Below, in pieces: positions 8,788-18,043 of a stretch of DNA of 64,000 nucleotides (the first letter of the stretch is position 1; each line of letters starts with the position of its first letter). The notes beneath the pieces were generated by a model that saw only the letters and a list, made by a program, of their open reading frames with translations, searched no databases and had not been told where the DNA came from. The stretch is from Candidatus Zixiibacteriota bacterium (GTDB lineage Bacteria > Desulfobacterota > Binatia > UBA9968): assembly GCA_035574315.1 (NCBI GenBank), contig DATLYW010000037.1:43853-107852 (forward strand), given 5' to 3'. A program made the translations under genes and the position numbers.

Positions 8788-9819
8788 CTACTTCGGTACC
8801 AGCACTTCCTTCAGGCGCGCGACCTGCCTGGAGTCGAGGTTGAAAAGGCCCTTGACGATCCTTTCCATCTCGTCGCCCGTGACCGGGTCCACCTCGAGCT
8901 TGGCTTTACGCGCTTCCGCGAGGAACTCGGGATCCTTGTACGTTTCAAGGAAGGCGCGCCTCAACGTTTCCACCCGCTCTCTGGGGGTCCCGGGGGGCAA
9001 AAAGTAGGGGCGCGTAACCGTCGCGATGTCGTGCACCGCGTATTTGAGAAGGTCCTTGGCGTCCTGGGTTTTGGCGTAGTCGATCGCCAGGGGCACGTGA
9101 GGCAACTCCGGGTGTTTTTTCGGCATCGCCTGGATCACCACCGCCACCTCTTTCGAGTCCAGCCCTTTACGCCAGGTGGACTTGATCGACTCCCACGCCC
9201 AGCAGCCGCCCGCGAGCTCCCCGCTTTCCGCGGCCAGCCGGATGTCCGACGTGCCCTTGTAACCGTCGACCACCTGGATCGGCAGCTTCAACGCCGCCTT
9301 GAGGGTTCGGGCGACGTCCGAAGCGGTACCGCCCGGACCGACGCCCCCGAGCTTCACCGGCTCCCTGGCGGCGAACCACGCATCGACGGTGGTGACGCCG
9401 GAGGTCCTGCTGAGGGCGCATACGGGATGATCGACCGCAGGGGCGCCGAGATACTCGAAACGGCGGCCGTCGAATTCGATACCCTTGGCTCCCATGATCT
9501 GCTGCAGGATCAGCCCGCCGATGTTGTTGCCGATCGTCAGGCCGTCCGGCCTGGCGCTCTGGTACATGAAGTTCGCCTGGATGATGCCGCCCGCTCCCGT
9601 CATGTTCTCTACGACCACGGAGGGGCGCCCGGGAATGTGCTTACCGAGATGGCGGCCGATCGCCCTGCTGTAGGTGTCGAAGCCTCCGCCGGGGCTGAAC
9701 GCGACGATCAACCGGATGCTCTTCCCCCGGTAGAACGCTTCTTGTGCCGGTGCCGGCACGGCCGCAAGCGCTGCACAGCAGCCAGCGGCGGCCAGGAGGC
9801 GCCGCAAATGTACTTTCAT
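8788..9819 (-). CDS. tctC: Tripartite tricarboxylate transporter substrate-binding protein (TctC/Bug family)
   Basis: 343 aa with a signal peptide and motifs IVxFxPGGGxD, ENxxGAGG and VDGYKG, characteristic of PF03401. Confidence 0.85.
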   Translation of the reverse strand: MKVHLRRLLAAAGCCAALAAVPAPAQEAFYRGKSIRLIVAFSPGGGFDTYSRAIGRHLGKHIPGRPSVVVENMTGAGGIIQANFMYQSARPDGLTIGNNIGGLILQQIMGAKGIEFDGRRFEYLGAPAVDHPVCALSRTSGVTTVDAWFAAREPVKLGGVGPGGTASDVARTLKAALKLPIQVVDGYKGTSDIRLAAESGELAGGCWAWESIKSTWRKGLDSKEVAVVIQAMPKKHPELPHVPLAIDYAKTQDAKDLLKYAVHDIATVTRPYFLPPGTPRERVETLRRAFLETYKDPEFLAEARKAKLEVDPVTGDEMERIVKGLFNLDSRQVARLKEVLVPK

Positions 9820-10269
9820 GATCTCTCCTCGCGGTTTCTGTCAAATTTTCGCCGGCGGTTTCCTTTCCTATTCGAAAACCGGCGACCGTGTCAAATGCAA
9901 AAGGCCGCGGGTACCGCCGACGTTCGCTTCGGCGATCCACAGCGGAATTCACAAAACTTGTGGATAAGTTGTTCACAACCCGGTGTTCGCCGGAGCGGGC
10001 CTCTGCGATGGAAGCGGCTGCGCTCGGAATGCCCAAATAATTGGCGATGCAGATGTAGAGAAATCAAAGGGTTACAGAGGTTTTAAAGCTCTCCTCGGAG
10101 CGGGCGAAGGACGAAAACCCCGTCTCGAGGCGGAAACGGCGCAGAGGCCCGCTCGGGCGGCGCCCGGAGCTTTACGTTAACGAAAAATTTTTGCGGCGCC
10201 GTAGCTTTTCGCGAAGCGCTGAAGTATGTTGGGTGCGAAGTAATGTACGCCCCCCGAAAGGAGAGCGAC

Positions 10270-10539
10270 ATGCGTCCCAGTGCCTGGGATTTTCAGAACC
10301 GGTTGACCGCCATATTGAACAGCGCCCGGCAGAACGGCCAGCCCTACATCGATGTCGAATCCGATCAGCTTCACCGCCAGGTCGACGCAAATCTGAACGC
10401 GAACCAGACGATGCCGGTGTGTTGGGACGTGATGATCCGGATGATGCGCGCGGGCGACGCCGTGCTGCGGGAACCCGCGAATGGACAGACCGGTAACCTG
10501 GTGATCCGCTACAACATCCGGGCGGCGCGGCGGGCGTGA
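10270..10539 (+). CDS. Hypothetical protein (89 aa)
   Basis: Internal ATG (MRPSAWDF...) preceded by AAAGGAGAG. It lies at the edge of an AT-rich island (10000-10260) in an otherwise GC-rich region. No domain recognised. Confidence 0.35.
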   Translation: MRPSAWDFQNRLTAILNSARQNGQPYIDVESDQLHRQVDANLNANQTMPVCWDVMIRMMRAGDAVLREPANGQTGNLVIRYNIRAARRA

Positions 10540-10582
10540 CGCAGGTCCGCGCGCCGGTTCTCGCGCGCCACGGCGCGGCGGC

Positions 10583-11017
10583 TCATTCGGCCTCGCCCGG
10601 CTCGATGCTCAGCACCCGCACCTCGAAGTTCAGCACTTTTCCCGCCAGCGGGTGGTTGAGATCGAGGACCACGGTATGATCCTTGATCTCGTGAACCCGC
10701 ACGGAAAAATCCTCGCCGTGCGGCCCGCGAGCGCGCAGCACGGTGCCGACGATCAGGCCGCTCGCGGGAATCTCGTCTCGCGGCACTTCCTTGAAGTAAT
10801 CGGCGTGCACGGGACCGTAGCCGTCCTCGGGCTGGACCCGCAGGCGCCTCTTTTCGTTGATTTCCATCCCCGACATCCCGTTCTCCAACCCGGGGATGAT
10901 CTCATGCCGCCCGTGCGTGTAGGTCACGGGCTCCTCCCCCACGTTCGTCTCGAGGACGTTTCCCTCCTCGTCCGAGAGCGTGTACTCGAAGCTCACGACG
11001 GAACCGTCTTTGATCAT
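10583..11017 (-). CDS. FKBP-type peptidyl-prolyl cis-trans isomerase (SlyD/FkpB-like)
   Basis: The real start is ATG at 11015-11017 (MIKDGSVVSFEYTL...), preceded by GGAAGGAGAG. 144 aa. The long 244-aa track ORF is an upstream extension. FKBP domain with an inserted flap (IF) region. Confidence 0.8.
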   Translation of the reverse strand: MIKDGSVVSFEYTLSDEEGNVLETNVGEEPVTYTHGRHEIIPGLENGMSGMEINEKRRLRVQPEDGYGPVHADYFKEVPRDEIPASGLIVGTVLRARGPHGEDFSVRVHEIKDHTVVLDLNHPLAGKVLNFEVRVLSIEPGEAE

Positions 11018-11281
11018 CTTTCTCTCCTTCCTGCAGGAGCGTCCTGCTTCGGATACGCTTAGAACGACGCGGACGGAATGTCTGTGCCGTTCGGGACGAA
11101 GGGTCGCGCCGGGGTGCAACCCGATTCGGGGAGCCGGAGGCAGGCGCCGCCGGCCTTTGGCGTTTCGGCGATTGTTTTGATCGGCGAGTCTCGCTTTGAA
11201 ATTTGCGAACGGTCCCAGCGTAGGCCTTTCGCGGCGTTTTGTCAACGCTTGGCCCGCCAGGCACAGGCAAAAAACGATCGT

Positions 11282-11310
11282 TTGACAACGGGCGCCGGAC
11301 CGCGTATAGT
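11282..11310 (+). promoter_or_regulatory. Sigma70-type promoter (TTGACA-N17-TATAGT) for the RRM gene
   Basis: TTGACA at 11282-11287, a 17-nt spacer, then TATAGT at 11305-11310. This implies a leader of roughly 190 nt before the ATG at 11507. Confidence 0.5.
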
Positions 11311-11506
11311 GCATCATCTTCTTCAGTATACGGCCTTCTGATGAGGAGCATGCGATCGCGAAGGCCGGATTCGGTCTCTCCTTGCGAAAAGAAACCTAAC
11401 GGACACCGACCAGAGCTCGGTTTCCTCGCGAAACTCCTGTTCTGCTCCAATTAGCTTCTAGTCTCAGGGTACAGACGCCTTAATTCTCTCTTTCAAGGAG
11501 GAGAAC

Positions 11507-11818
11507 ATGAGTAACAAATTGTACGTCGGCGGTTTGCCGTACTCGGTAACGAGCGACCAGCTGCAGGAAATCTTCGCCAGCCACGGGACGGTGGAATCCG
11601 CCGCGGTGATCGCGGACAAGTTCACCGGCCAGTCTCGCGGCTTCGGCTTTGTCGAGATGAGCAGCGGCGCGGAGGCGCAAAGCGCCATCCAGGCGCTCAA
11701 CGGAACGGAGCTCGAGGGACGCACGCTGACGGTCAACGAAGCGAAACCGCTGGTCCGGCGGGATGCCGGCCGCGACGGCCGGACCCACGGAAACCGCAGC
11801 GGGCGCAACCGCTGGTAG
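11507..11818 (+). CDS. rbp: RNA-recognition-motif (RRM) RNA-binding protein with a Gly/Arg-rich tail
   Basis: RNP2 (KLYVGGL) and RNP1 (RGFGFVEM) motifs are present, with a C-terminal RGG-like tail. The RBS is AAGGAGGAG. Confidence 0.9.
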   Translation: MSNKLYVGGLPYSVTSDQLQEIFASHGTVESAAVIADKFTGQSRGFGFVEMSSGAEAQSAIQALNGTELEGRTLTVNEAKPLVRRDAGRDGRTHGNRSGRNRW

Positions 11819-11833
11819 TCTCCTAAAAGCAGC

Positions 11834-11866
11834 AAAAAGGGGCAACGGGTCGGTTTGCCCCTTTTC
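11834..11866 (+). terminator. Rho-independent terminator after the RRM gene
   Basis: AAAAGGGGCAAC-GGGTCGG-TTTGCCCCTTTT: a GC stem followed by a T-tract. Confidence 0.6.
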
Positions 11867-11923
11867 CGTCGGGATTGCGCCTGGTCCTTCCGCGGCGCGT
11901 CGGATCCCCAGTTCTGGCCAGTC

Positions 11924-12862
11924 ATGGGAACCGATATTCGGATCGGCACCTGCGGATACGCCTATCCCGGCCCGCCTCCGAAGGGCTGGTTCGGCGCGTT
12001 TTATCCCGAAGGAATGCCGAGCCGCTGGGACCCTCTCGAATACTACGCGCGGATCTTCACGACCGTCGAGATCAACTCGAGCTTTTACGGGCCGCCTTCT
12101 GAGCGGACCGCCGCCGCCTGGGCGAGCAAGACCCCGCGCGATTTCCTTTTCACCCTGAAGCTCTGGCAGAAGTTCACGCACCCTTCGAGAATCGGGCACG
12201 GTTCGTCCGCCGGGTCCTGGGAGCCGGTCGGTCCGGCGGATGTCGACAAGATGCGCGCCGCCCTTGACCCCCTGCAGGACGCCGGCAAGCTCGGCGCGCT
12301 GGTTCTGCAATATCCTCCGAGCTTCGACCGGGCGCCGCAGAACCTGGAGCGCCTGGAGTCCACGCTCTCGCTGTTTCCATACTGTCCCAAGGCGATCGAG
12401 CTGCGCCACAAGAGCTGGAGCGACGAGCTGGAGAAGACCCGCGAGATCGTCGAGCGCCATCGCGCGGCCTGGATCGTAATCGACGAACCGAAGTTCGCCG
12501 CTTCGATCCGCCAGCCCTTCGAGCCGGTCGGTTCGTTGTTTTATTTTCGCGCCCACGGCCGCAACGCCAGGACATGGTGGCGCCACTCGGAAAGCTGGGA
12601 GCGCTACGACTACTGCTACTCGCGCGCCGAGATCCGCCAGCTCGCGGCGAAGATCGCAAACGCCTCGTCGCGCCCGGGCCTGCGCGCGTCCTTCGTGTTC
12701 TTCAACAACCACGCGCGCGCCAGCGCGGCGGCCAACGCCGTCATGATGGCGCAGGAGCTGGGCGTGCCGCTGAGGGCCATGCCTCCCGAGGCGATGCTCG
12801 CGCAATTCCCCGAGCTGATACCCGGCGGGAGCGGCGTTGACTTGGCCGGACGCCGCCGTTAG
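11924..12862 (+). CDS. DUF72 (YecE-like) family protein
   Basis: Start at ATG 11924 (MGTDIRIGTCGYAY). The track's TTG at 11855 lies inside the terminator. The IGTCGY...FYP signature identifies DUF72. Confidence 0.75.
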   Translation: MGTDIRIGTCGYAYPGPPPKGWFGAFYPEGMPSRWDPLEYYARIFTTVEINSSFYGPPSERTAAAWASKTPRDFLFTLKLWQKFTHPSRIGHGSSAGSWEPVGPADVDKMRAALDPLQDAGKLGALVLQYPPSFDRAPQNLERLESTLSLFPYCPKAIELRHKSWSDELEKTREIVERHRAAWIVIDEPKFAASIRQPFEPVGSLFYFRAHGRNARTWWRHSESWERYDYCYSRAEIRQLAAKIANASSRPGLRASFVFFNNHARASAAANAVMMAQELGVPLRAMPPEAMLAQFPELIPGGSGVDLAGRRR

Positions 12863-12910
12863 AATCCGCGACGTGCTCCGCGAGGCGGAGCCGACGCGCA
12901 AGGAGCCGCT

Positions 12911-13270
12911 ATGATTCTCTCACGAAACGCCGACGTGCGGGCTTTGACGGTCAAGACGATCGAAGGAAAGCCGATGCGAGGCGAGCTGCTCGTCAAGCCC
13001 CTGATCAAAGGCGACGAGATGACGCTTCTCGAAATCCACTACGAGCCCGGCGTCGGCGCCCCGCTTCACGTTCACTCCCACGAGTCGCTCGCCTATGTGG
13101 TCAAGGGCAAGGTCAAGATGACCGTGGGCCAGGAAGAATACATTCTGGGCCCGGGGGACGTCTGCCGCCATCCGCAGGGCGTGCCCCACGCAGTCGAGGG
13201 GCTGGAGAACTCGATCGTCGTCGAGATCAAGTCTCCGGCGCCCGAGATCGCGAGCTTCCTGGGCACTTGA
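12911..13270 (+). CDS. Cupin domain protein
   Basis: 119 aa with the two cupin His motifs (HVHSHESLAYVVKG ... PHAVE). Confidence 0.7.
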   Translation: MILSRNADVRALTVKTIEGKPMRGELLVKPLIKGDEMTLLEIHYEPGVGAPLHVHSHESLAYVVKGKVKMTVGQEEYILGPGDVCRHPQGVPHAVEGLENSIVVEIKSPAPEIASFLGT

Positions 13271-13310
13271 GATCGACTTCGGCTCGCCGCGGGCCGACGA
13301 GGAGTCGCGC

Positions 13311-13664
13311 ATGGCCGGACAGGCAAAGTACATCATGATCGCAAGCATGGACGTGGACCCCGATTACGAGGCGCTGTTCAACGAGGTGTACGACCGGGAG
13401 CACGTTCCCTATTTGAGCCAGGTCCCGGGAGTTGTTTCGATCAAGCGCTACCGCCGCGAAGAGCTGACGATGAACATCGGCGGGGAGCGCAAGACGATCC
13501 GACTGGAAAACGAGCCGAAATATACGGCGATTTACGAGCTCGAAAGCCCCGAGGTCCTGACCAGCAAGGCCTGGGACGAAGCGGTCGAGAAGGGACGCTG
13601 GCCGTCGCAGGTGCGGCCGCATACCAGGAACCGCCGGCACGTGCTGCTCAAGCTCATGGACTGA
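13311..13664 (+). CDS. Hypothetical protein (117 aa), possible dimeric alpha/beta-barrel fold
   Basis: No clear motif. The size and composition resemble the EthD/ABM-like small proteins that often sit next to cupins. Confidence 0.4.
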   Translation: MAGQAKYIMIASMDVDPDYEALFNEVYDREHVPYLSQVPGVVSIKRYRREELTMNIGGERKTIRLENEPKYTAIYELESPEVLTSKAWDEAVEKGRWPSQVRPHTRNRRHVLLKLMD

Positions 13665-14127
13665 CCTTCGCGCCGCGTTCCAGCGCTCTTTCGATCTCCC
13701 CGCCGATCCTGTCCCCCTCTTCCCCGCGGACGTTCTTTTCGTAGAGCGGGAAAAGCTGGCGTTCTTCCGCGCGGATGTGCCGCTCGAGGAGGTCTCCGAG
13801 GTCGAACAGGCGCCTGGCCGCGTCGCCGGTTTCCTCGAGCGCCTCGAAGGCGGCGGCGAGTCGCCGGTGCTCCGCGACGAGCCGGTCGATCAGGGCTCCG
13901 CTGTCGGCCGCCCGCGCGCGCAGCCAGGGGAACAAAACCTTCTCCTCGGCGCAGAAATGAGGGACGAGATTGCGCTCGTAGAACTCGCGCGCCTCCCGCA
14001 CCCGCTGCCGCACCCCTTCGGCTCCCGCCGGGCGGATCTGTCCGAGCGCCTGCTTGCGGCAGCGAAGCGCCAGCGCCAGACCGTGGTGGTGGTCGTGCGA
14101 GAGCGGTATCAGGCTCGGATGACGCAT
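13654..14127 (-). CDS. Hemerythrin-like (HHE cation-binding) domain protein
   Basis: The true start is ATG 14125-14127 (MRHPSLIPL...). The 437-aa track ORF is a GC-driven extension. H...E...H spacing (HFCAEE..., HRRL, HIRAEE...LFP) is typical of hemerythrin HHE. Confidence 0.55.
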   Translation of the reverse strand: MRHPSLIPLSHDHHHGLALALRCRKQALGQIRPAGAEGVRQRVREAREFYERNLVPHFCAEEKVLFPWLRARAADSGALIDRLVAEHRRLAAAFEALEETGDAARRLFDLGDLLERHIRAEERQLFPLYEKNVRGEEGDRIGGEIERALERGAKVSP

Positions 14128-14144
14128 GACGCCACAGGGGCCGG

Positions 14145-15320
14145 TCAAATGACCCGCTTGGCCCGAAGGTCCGCGACCGCGGCGTCGTCGTAGCCGTGCG
14201 CTTTGAGGACTTCTTCGGTGTGCTCGCCCAGGACGGGCGGCGGCCGGTCGATACGCGGCGGCGTGCGGCTGAGGTCGACCGCGCTGCCAACCATTTTTAC
14301 CCTGCCCATCCGCGGGTGCTCGACTTCCACGGGAAAGCCGTACTCCCGCACCTGGGGATCGGCGAAGACCTCGTCCAGCGTGTTGAGCGGGGCCGCGGGA
14401 ACGTCCGCGGCCTGGAGCTTCTGCAGCCAGTCCTCCCGGCGGCCACCGCGAAAGATCTCCTGTAGCATCTCCGACAACGCGTCGTGGTTTTCGATACGGC
14501 CCTTGCGATCGCGAAAACGGGGATCGTCGGCCCACTCCGGCCTGCCGGCCACCTGAAACATGGCGCGCCAGAACTTGTCCGGCGAGGACATGTGGAGGAC
14601 GAACGGCCGCCCTTCGGAGTCGACAAACGCGAAGACTCCGGCGGTCCTGGTCCGGTGAGCGCGTCGCGGCACGTGTCCGGTCTCGAAATAGCGCGCGGCG
14701 TTTTCGCCGACGAACGAGATCGAAGCGCGCAGCAACGACGTCTCCACCCGCTGTCCTTTGCCGGTCGCCATTCGATGCACCAGGGCGGCGAGGATCCCGT
14801 AACAGGCGTAGATCCCGGTGAGGTGATCGGAAAACGAGATCCCCATACCCTGAGGCCTGTCCGGATCCGTGAGCAGGCTGAGGAGCCCGCTTCGCGCCTG
14901 ACCGATCGTGTCGTAGCCGGGCAGGTCCCGGTACGGCCCCTTTTGCCCGAACCCGGAAATCGAGCAATAGATGATCTCGGGATTGACCTCGCGCACGTGG
15001 TCGTAACCGAGGCCGCGCTTGTCCATGGTTCCGGGGCGGAAATTCTCGATGAGGACGTCCGCGCGCGCCGCGAGCTGGAGCGCCACCGCACGGGCCTCAT
15101 CCCGCCGGAGGTCGAGCGTGACGCTCTTCTTGTTGCGGTTGAGGCTGCAAAACGTCGCGGAGTAGTTGCGATCGCCCCACCCCCGGAACGGGTCGCCGCG
15201 CTCGGGTTCCTCGATCTTGATCACCTCCGCGCCCATGTCGGCCAACAGCTGGCCGGCAAAAGGCCCCGTTACGTAGCTTGCCATCTCGATGATCCGTATC
15301 CCGGCGAGCGCTCCGCTCAT
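14145..15320 (-). CDS. CoA-transferase family III (CaiB/BaiF) protein
   Basis: GIRIIEMASYVTGPFAGQLLADMGAEVIKIE is the hallmark N-terminus, and the catalytic Asp region is conserved. The start is probably MSGALAG at 15320. Confidence 0.85.
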   Translation of the reverse strand: MSGALAGIRIIEMASYVTGPFAGQLLADMGAEVIKIEEPERGDPFRGWGDRNYSATFCSLNRNKKSVTLDLRRDEARAVALQLAARADVLIENFRPGTMDKRGLGYDHVREVNPEIIYCSISGFGQKGPYRDLPGYDTIGQARSGLLSLLTDPDRPQGMGISFSDHLTGIYACYGILAALVHRMATGKGQRVETSLLRASISFVGENAARYFETGHVPRRAHRTRTAGVFAFVDSEGRPFVLHMSSPDKFWRAMFQVAGRPEWADDPRFRDRKGRIENHDALSEMLQEIFRGGRREDWLQKLQAADVPAAPLNTLDEVFADPQVREYGFPVEVEHPRMGRVKMVGSAVDLSRTPPRIDRPPPVLGEHTEEVLKAHGYDDAAVADLRAKRVI

Positions 15321-15522
15321 ACGATGCTCCACACAAGTAAGGTGGGGTCCGTGGCTGCCGGCTGGCGCGTCCCGTTCGAAGAAGAGCCGACCCGGAACCC
15401 AAGGCCGCGGACCCGAATCATCAGTGAGTCCGTAAGAGGCTCGCCCAAGCGGTCCCGTTTCGATGCCTGGGCGCCAACGAGCTCACAAATAGCTCTTAGC
15501 TAGCCGCGCCCGGCGTCCGAAG

Positions 15523-16275
15523 TCAAGGATGGGTGTCGCCGCCGGAGCCGCGGTCCGGCGCAAGGCGATCTTCGAGACCCAGGCGCCGGCCGACGAAGGC
15601 GGCCGCCGGAGGCAGGACGACCGCGAGCAGCCCGAGAAGAACCCACGGTCCGGGATCCCCGGAGGCAAAAGCGGCTTCGAGCTGGACGCTGGCAAAGGTA
15701 AGCGCGAGCCAGCCCGGAATGCGACCCAGCAGGCTGGCGCCGAAAAAGTCGGCGAAGCGTATCCCGGCGGCGCCGACGAAAAGGTTCACCAGGGTAAAGG
15801 GCGCGACAGGCAGCAGCCGGAGCACGAGGACCGTGAGAAAGCCGCGGCGTGCCGCGTGGCGGATGACGGACTTCAACCGCGGAGCGGTAAAGCCCTCCAG
15901 CACTTCCCGGCCCGCGAGCCGCCCGATGGTAAAGGCGACTGCGGCGCTGACGAGCCACCCGGCCAGCGCGTAGAGATTTCCCGCGATCGGCCCGAAGGTC
16001 ATGACGGTCGCGAGGGTCAGAGCCGTCGCCGGAACGAACGCGAGGCTGGCGAGGACGTAGGCGCCGACGACCACGTACGCGGCCGCCGGATCATTTCGGA
16101 TCGACTCCTGCCACGCGGCGATTGCCGCGGGATCGATCCAGGCGGCGAGCGGGGTCCAGCGCCAAAGCAGGAAGAGCAAAAGGAAAAGGAGCGCCGCGCC
16201 CGCACGCTTGCAGCGGCCAGCGAAGGCAGGTTCCGGCGTAATCGGAGCCGGCCGTGAAAGCGATTGATCGCGCAT
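15523..16275 (-). CDS. DedA/TVP38/TMEM64 (SNARE-associated) family membrane protein
   Basis: A multi-TM protein with the DedA-type re-entrant motif region (GxxxVxxxRLLPxxP). The exact start is uncertain. Confidence 0.65.
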   Translation of the reverse strand: MRDQSLSRPAPITPEPAFAGRCKRAGAALLFLLLFLLWRWTPLAAWIDPAAIAAWQESIRNDPAAAYVVVGAYVLASLAFVPATALTLATVMTFGPIAGNLYALAGWLVSAAVAFTIGRLAGREVLEGFTAPRLKSVIRHAARRGFLTVLVLRLLPVAPFTLVNLFVGAAGIRFADFFGASLLGRIPGWLALTFASVQLEAAFASGDPGPWVLLGLLAVVLPPAAAFVGRRLGLEDRLAPDRGSGGDTHP

Positions 16276-16555
16276 GTGGTTTCAGGTTAAAGGGTCGGCC
16301 CTGTTGGCGCAAGCCTTCCACGGGAGCCGCTGTGCGGTTTCCACTTCTTCGCGTCGATCCCGGATTCAGGTTGCCGTCGACGCGGGCACCCTGGCCGCAC
16401 CGCCTCCCCTGCGCAGCGGAGGCGACGATCGGGCCACTTCGATTAAACGCCGGTGCTCGATTGAACGGCGAAGCGGCGATAGGTCGACGAACGTTGCAAT
16501 AATTGACTGCGGGCAACCCCCGTGTTACGAAGCAAAAACTTCGCGAGGAAGACAC

Positions 16556-18043
16556 GTGGGGCTGAAATTCGAGGAGTTGAGATCGCTGGATCTGCGCCGA
16601 TGCGCCAGCGCAGGAGATATCGTCGCCGCGATGCGCCACTGCGCCTTCGGAGCGCGCATGCTGGGAGAGATGGCGACGACTCTGCACCAGTTGATCCTCG
16701 ACCGCGAGCGGCCTCTGGTGATCTACGACGGCCTGCCGGATTCCCCCCTGGGCCGTCTTCTCGCGCGCTTCGTCGAGCGCGGCTGGTGCCGCAAGATCCT
16801 CCGGCCCGAACAGTACGCCCGGCGCGCAAGCGGCAAGGAGACGGTGCTGGTGGTCGGCGGATTCTCTGAACGGCACGCCGACGCGGTCTACCGCAAGCCC
16901 TCGCGCGCGCTGTTCATCAATCAGTTCGATCTCGCCCGCCCCGGCCAGATCCGGGACGGCTACTTTCCCGACGCGGTCTTCGCCGATCCGCGGCTGGTGC
17001 TTCCGGTGATCGACTGCGCGCTTACGGAATGGCTGGACGGGCGGCGCTGGTCGGCGGGTCGGCTGCTCGCGAGCCTCGGCGCCTACGGCGGCGTCGCTTC
17101 GCAGGTCGCTCGGGCGGCAACCGCGCTGCAGCGGATGGTGCAGGATCGCGACTGTCTCCGCTTCCTGACCGTCAGCGGAGCGATGACGGTCGGCAAGATG
17201 GACCTGGTGATCTGCGACATGATCGAGCACGGTTTCATCGACGCGATCACCTCCACGGGCGCGCTCATGGCTCACGGCCTGGTGTCGTCGATCGGGCTCA
17301 AGCACTACAAGTACGATCCGTCCTACGACGACACGACGCTGGCGCGCCACCGCCTGAATCGCGTGACCGACACCCTGGAACCGGAAACCAACCTCGACAG
17401 CGTCGAAGAGGTGATCGGCAAGGTGATCGAGCCGATCGACGGATCACGCCCGATCAGCCCCGCGATCCTGAACCGGCACATCGGGCGATACCTCGCGCGC
17501 CGGTTTCCGCGGGAGCGCGGCATCCTGAAGTCCGCCTACCAGCACGGCGTTCCGGTCTTCGTTCCCGCCTTCGTCGACTCGGAGCTGGGAAACGATCTCT
17601 ACATCCACAACCTCAAGCGCCGCCGGCGCGGCCGCAAGCCGATCCTGATCGACCACGAGATCGACAGCAGGGAGCTGATTCGCCTGGTGACCGGGGCGAA
17701 GCGATTCGGCATCTTCACGATCGGCGGCGGCGTGCCGCGCAACAACGTCCAGAACGTCGCCCCCTTGATCGAGATCATCAACGAGCGGCTGGGAGCGATC
17801 TATCCGGAGCGCCGCTTCCACTACGGCATTCGCATCTGCCCCGACCGGCCGCACTTCGGCCATCTGTCAGGGTGCACCTATTCGGAAAACGAGTCCTGGC
17901 GCAAGGCGGCGCCCGACGGCGTCTACGCGGAGGTGCAGGCGGACGCGACGCAGGTGTGGCCGTTTCTCGTGAAATTTCTGATGGACAACACCGCGGGCTC
18001 CGGCCGGACCGCCCGCGACGGCGAAAGGAGGAAGAAACCGTGA
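16556..18043 (+). CDS. Deoxyhypusine synthase-like protein
   Basis: The DHS core motif VSGAMTVGKMDLVICDMIEHGFIDAITSTGALMAHGL...KHYKYD matches the archaeal/eukaryotic DHS GAMVPAGMR...IDVxVTTGANLTHDL...KHYKG. The likely start is GTG at 16556, preceded by GAGGAAG. It carries a roughly 120-aa C-terminal extension. Confidence 0.7.
   Translation: MGLKFEELRSLDLRRCASAGDIVAAMRHCAFGARMLGEMATTLHQLILDRERPLVIYDGLPDSPLGRLLARFVERGWCRKILRPEQYARRASGKETVLVVGGFSERHADAVYRKPSRALFINQFDLARPGQIRDGYFPDAVFADPRLVLPVIDCALTEWLDGRRWSAGRLLASLGAYGGVASQVARAATALQRMVQDRDCLRFLTVSGAMTVGKMDLVICDMIEHGFIDAITSTGALMAHGLVSSIGLKHYKYDPSYDDTTLARHRLNRVTDTLEPETNLDSVEEVIGKVIEPIDGSRPISPAILNRHIGRYLARRFPRERGILKSAYQHGVPVFVPAFVDSELGNDLYIHNLKRRRRGRKPILIDHEIDSRELIRLVTGAKRFGIFTIGGGVPRNNVQNVAPLIEIINERLGAIYPERRFHYGIRICPDRPHFGHLSGCTYSENESWRKAAPDGVYAEVQADATQVWPFLVKFLMDNTAGSGRTARDGERRKKP

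Noticed and set aside
11325-11370. CUGAUGA...CGAA motif in the RRM-gene leader resembling a hammerhead ribozyme core
   Set aside because: Only the CUGAUGA box is present. There is no helix II pairing partner and no GAAA box in the correct register. It is better explained as a simple 7-bp hairpin (GGCCUUC/GAAGGCC) with an internal palindromic loop.
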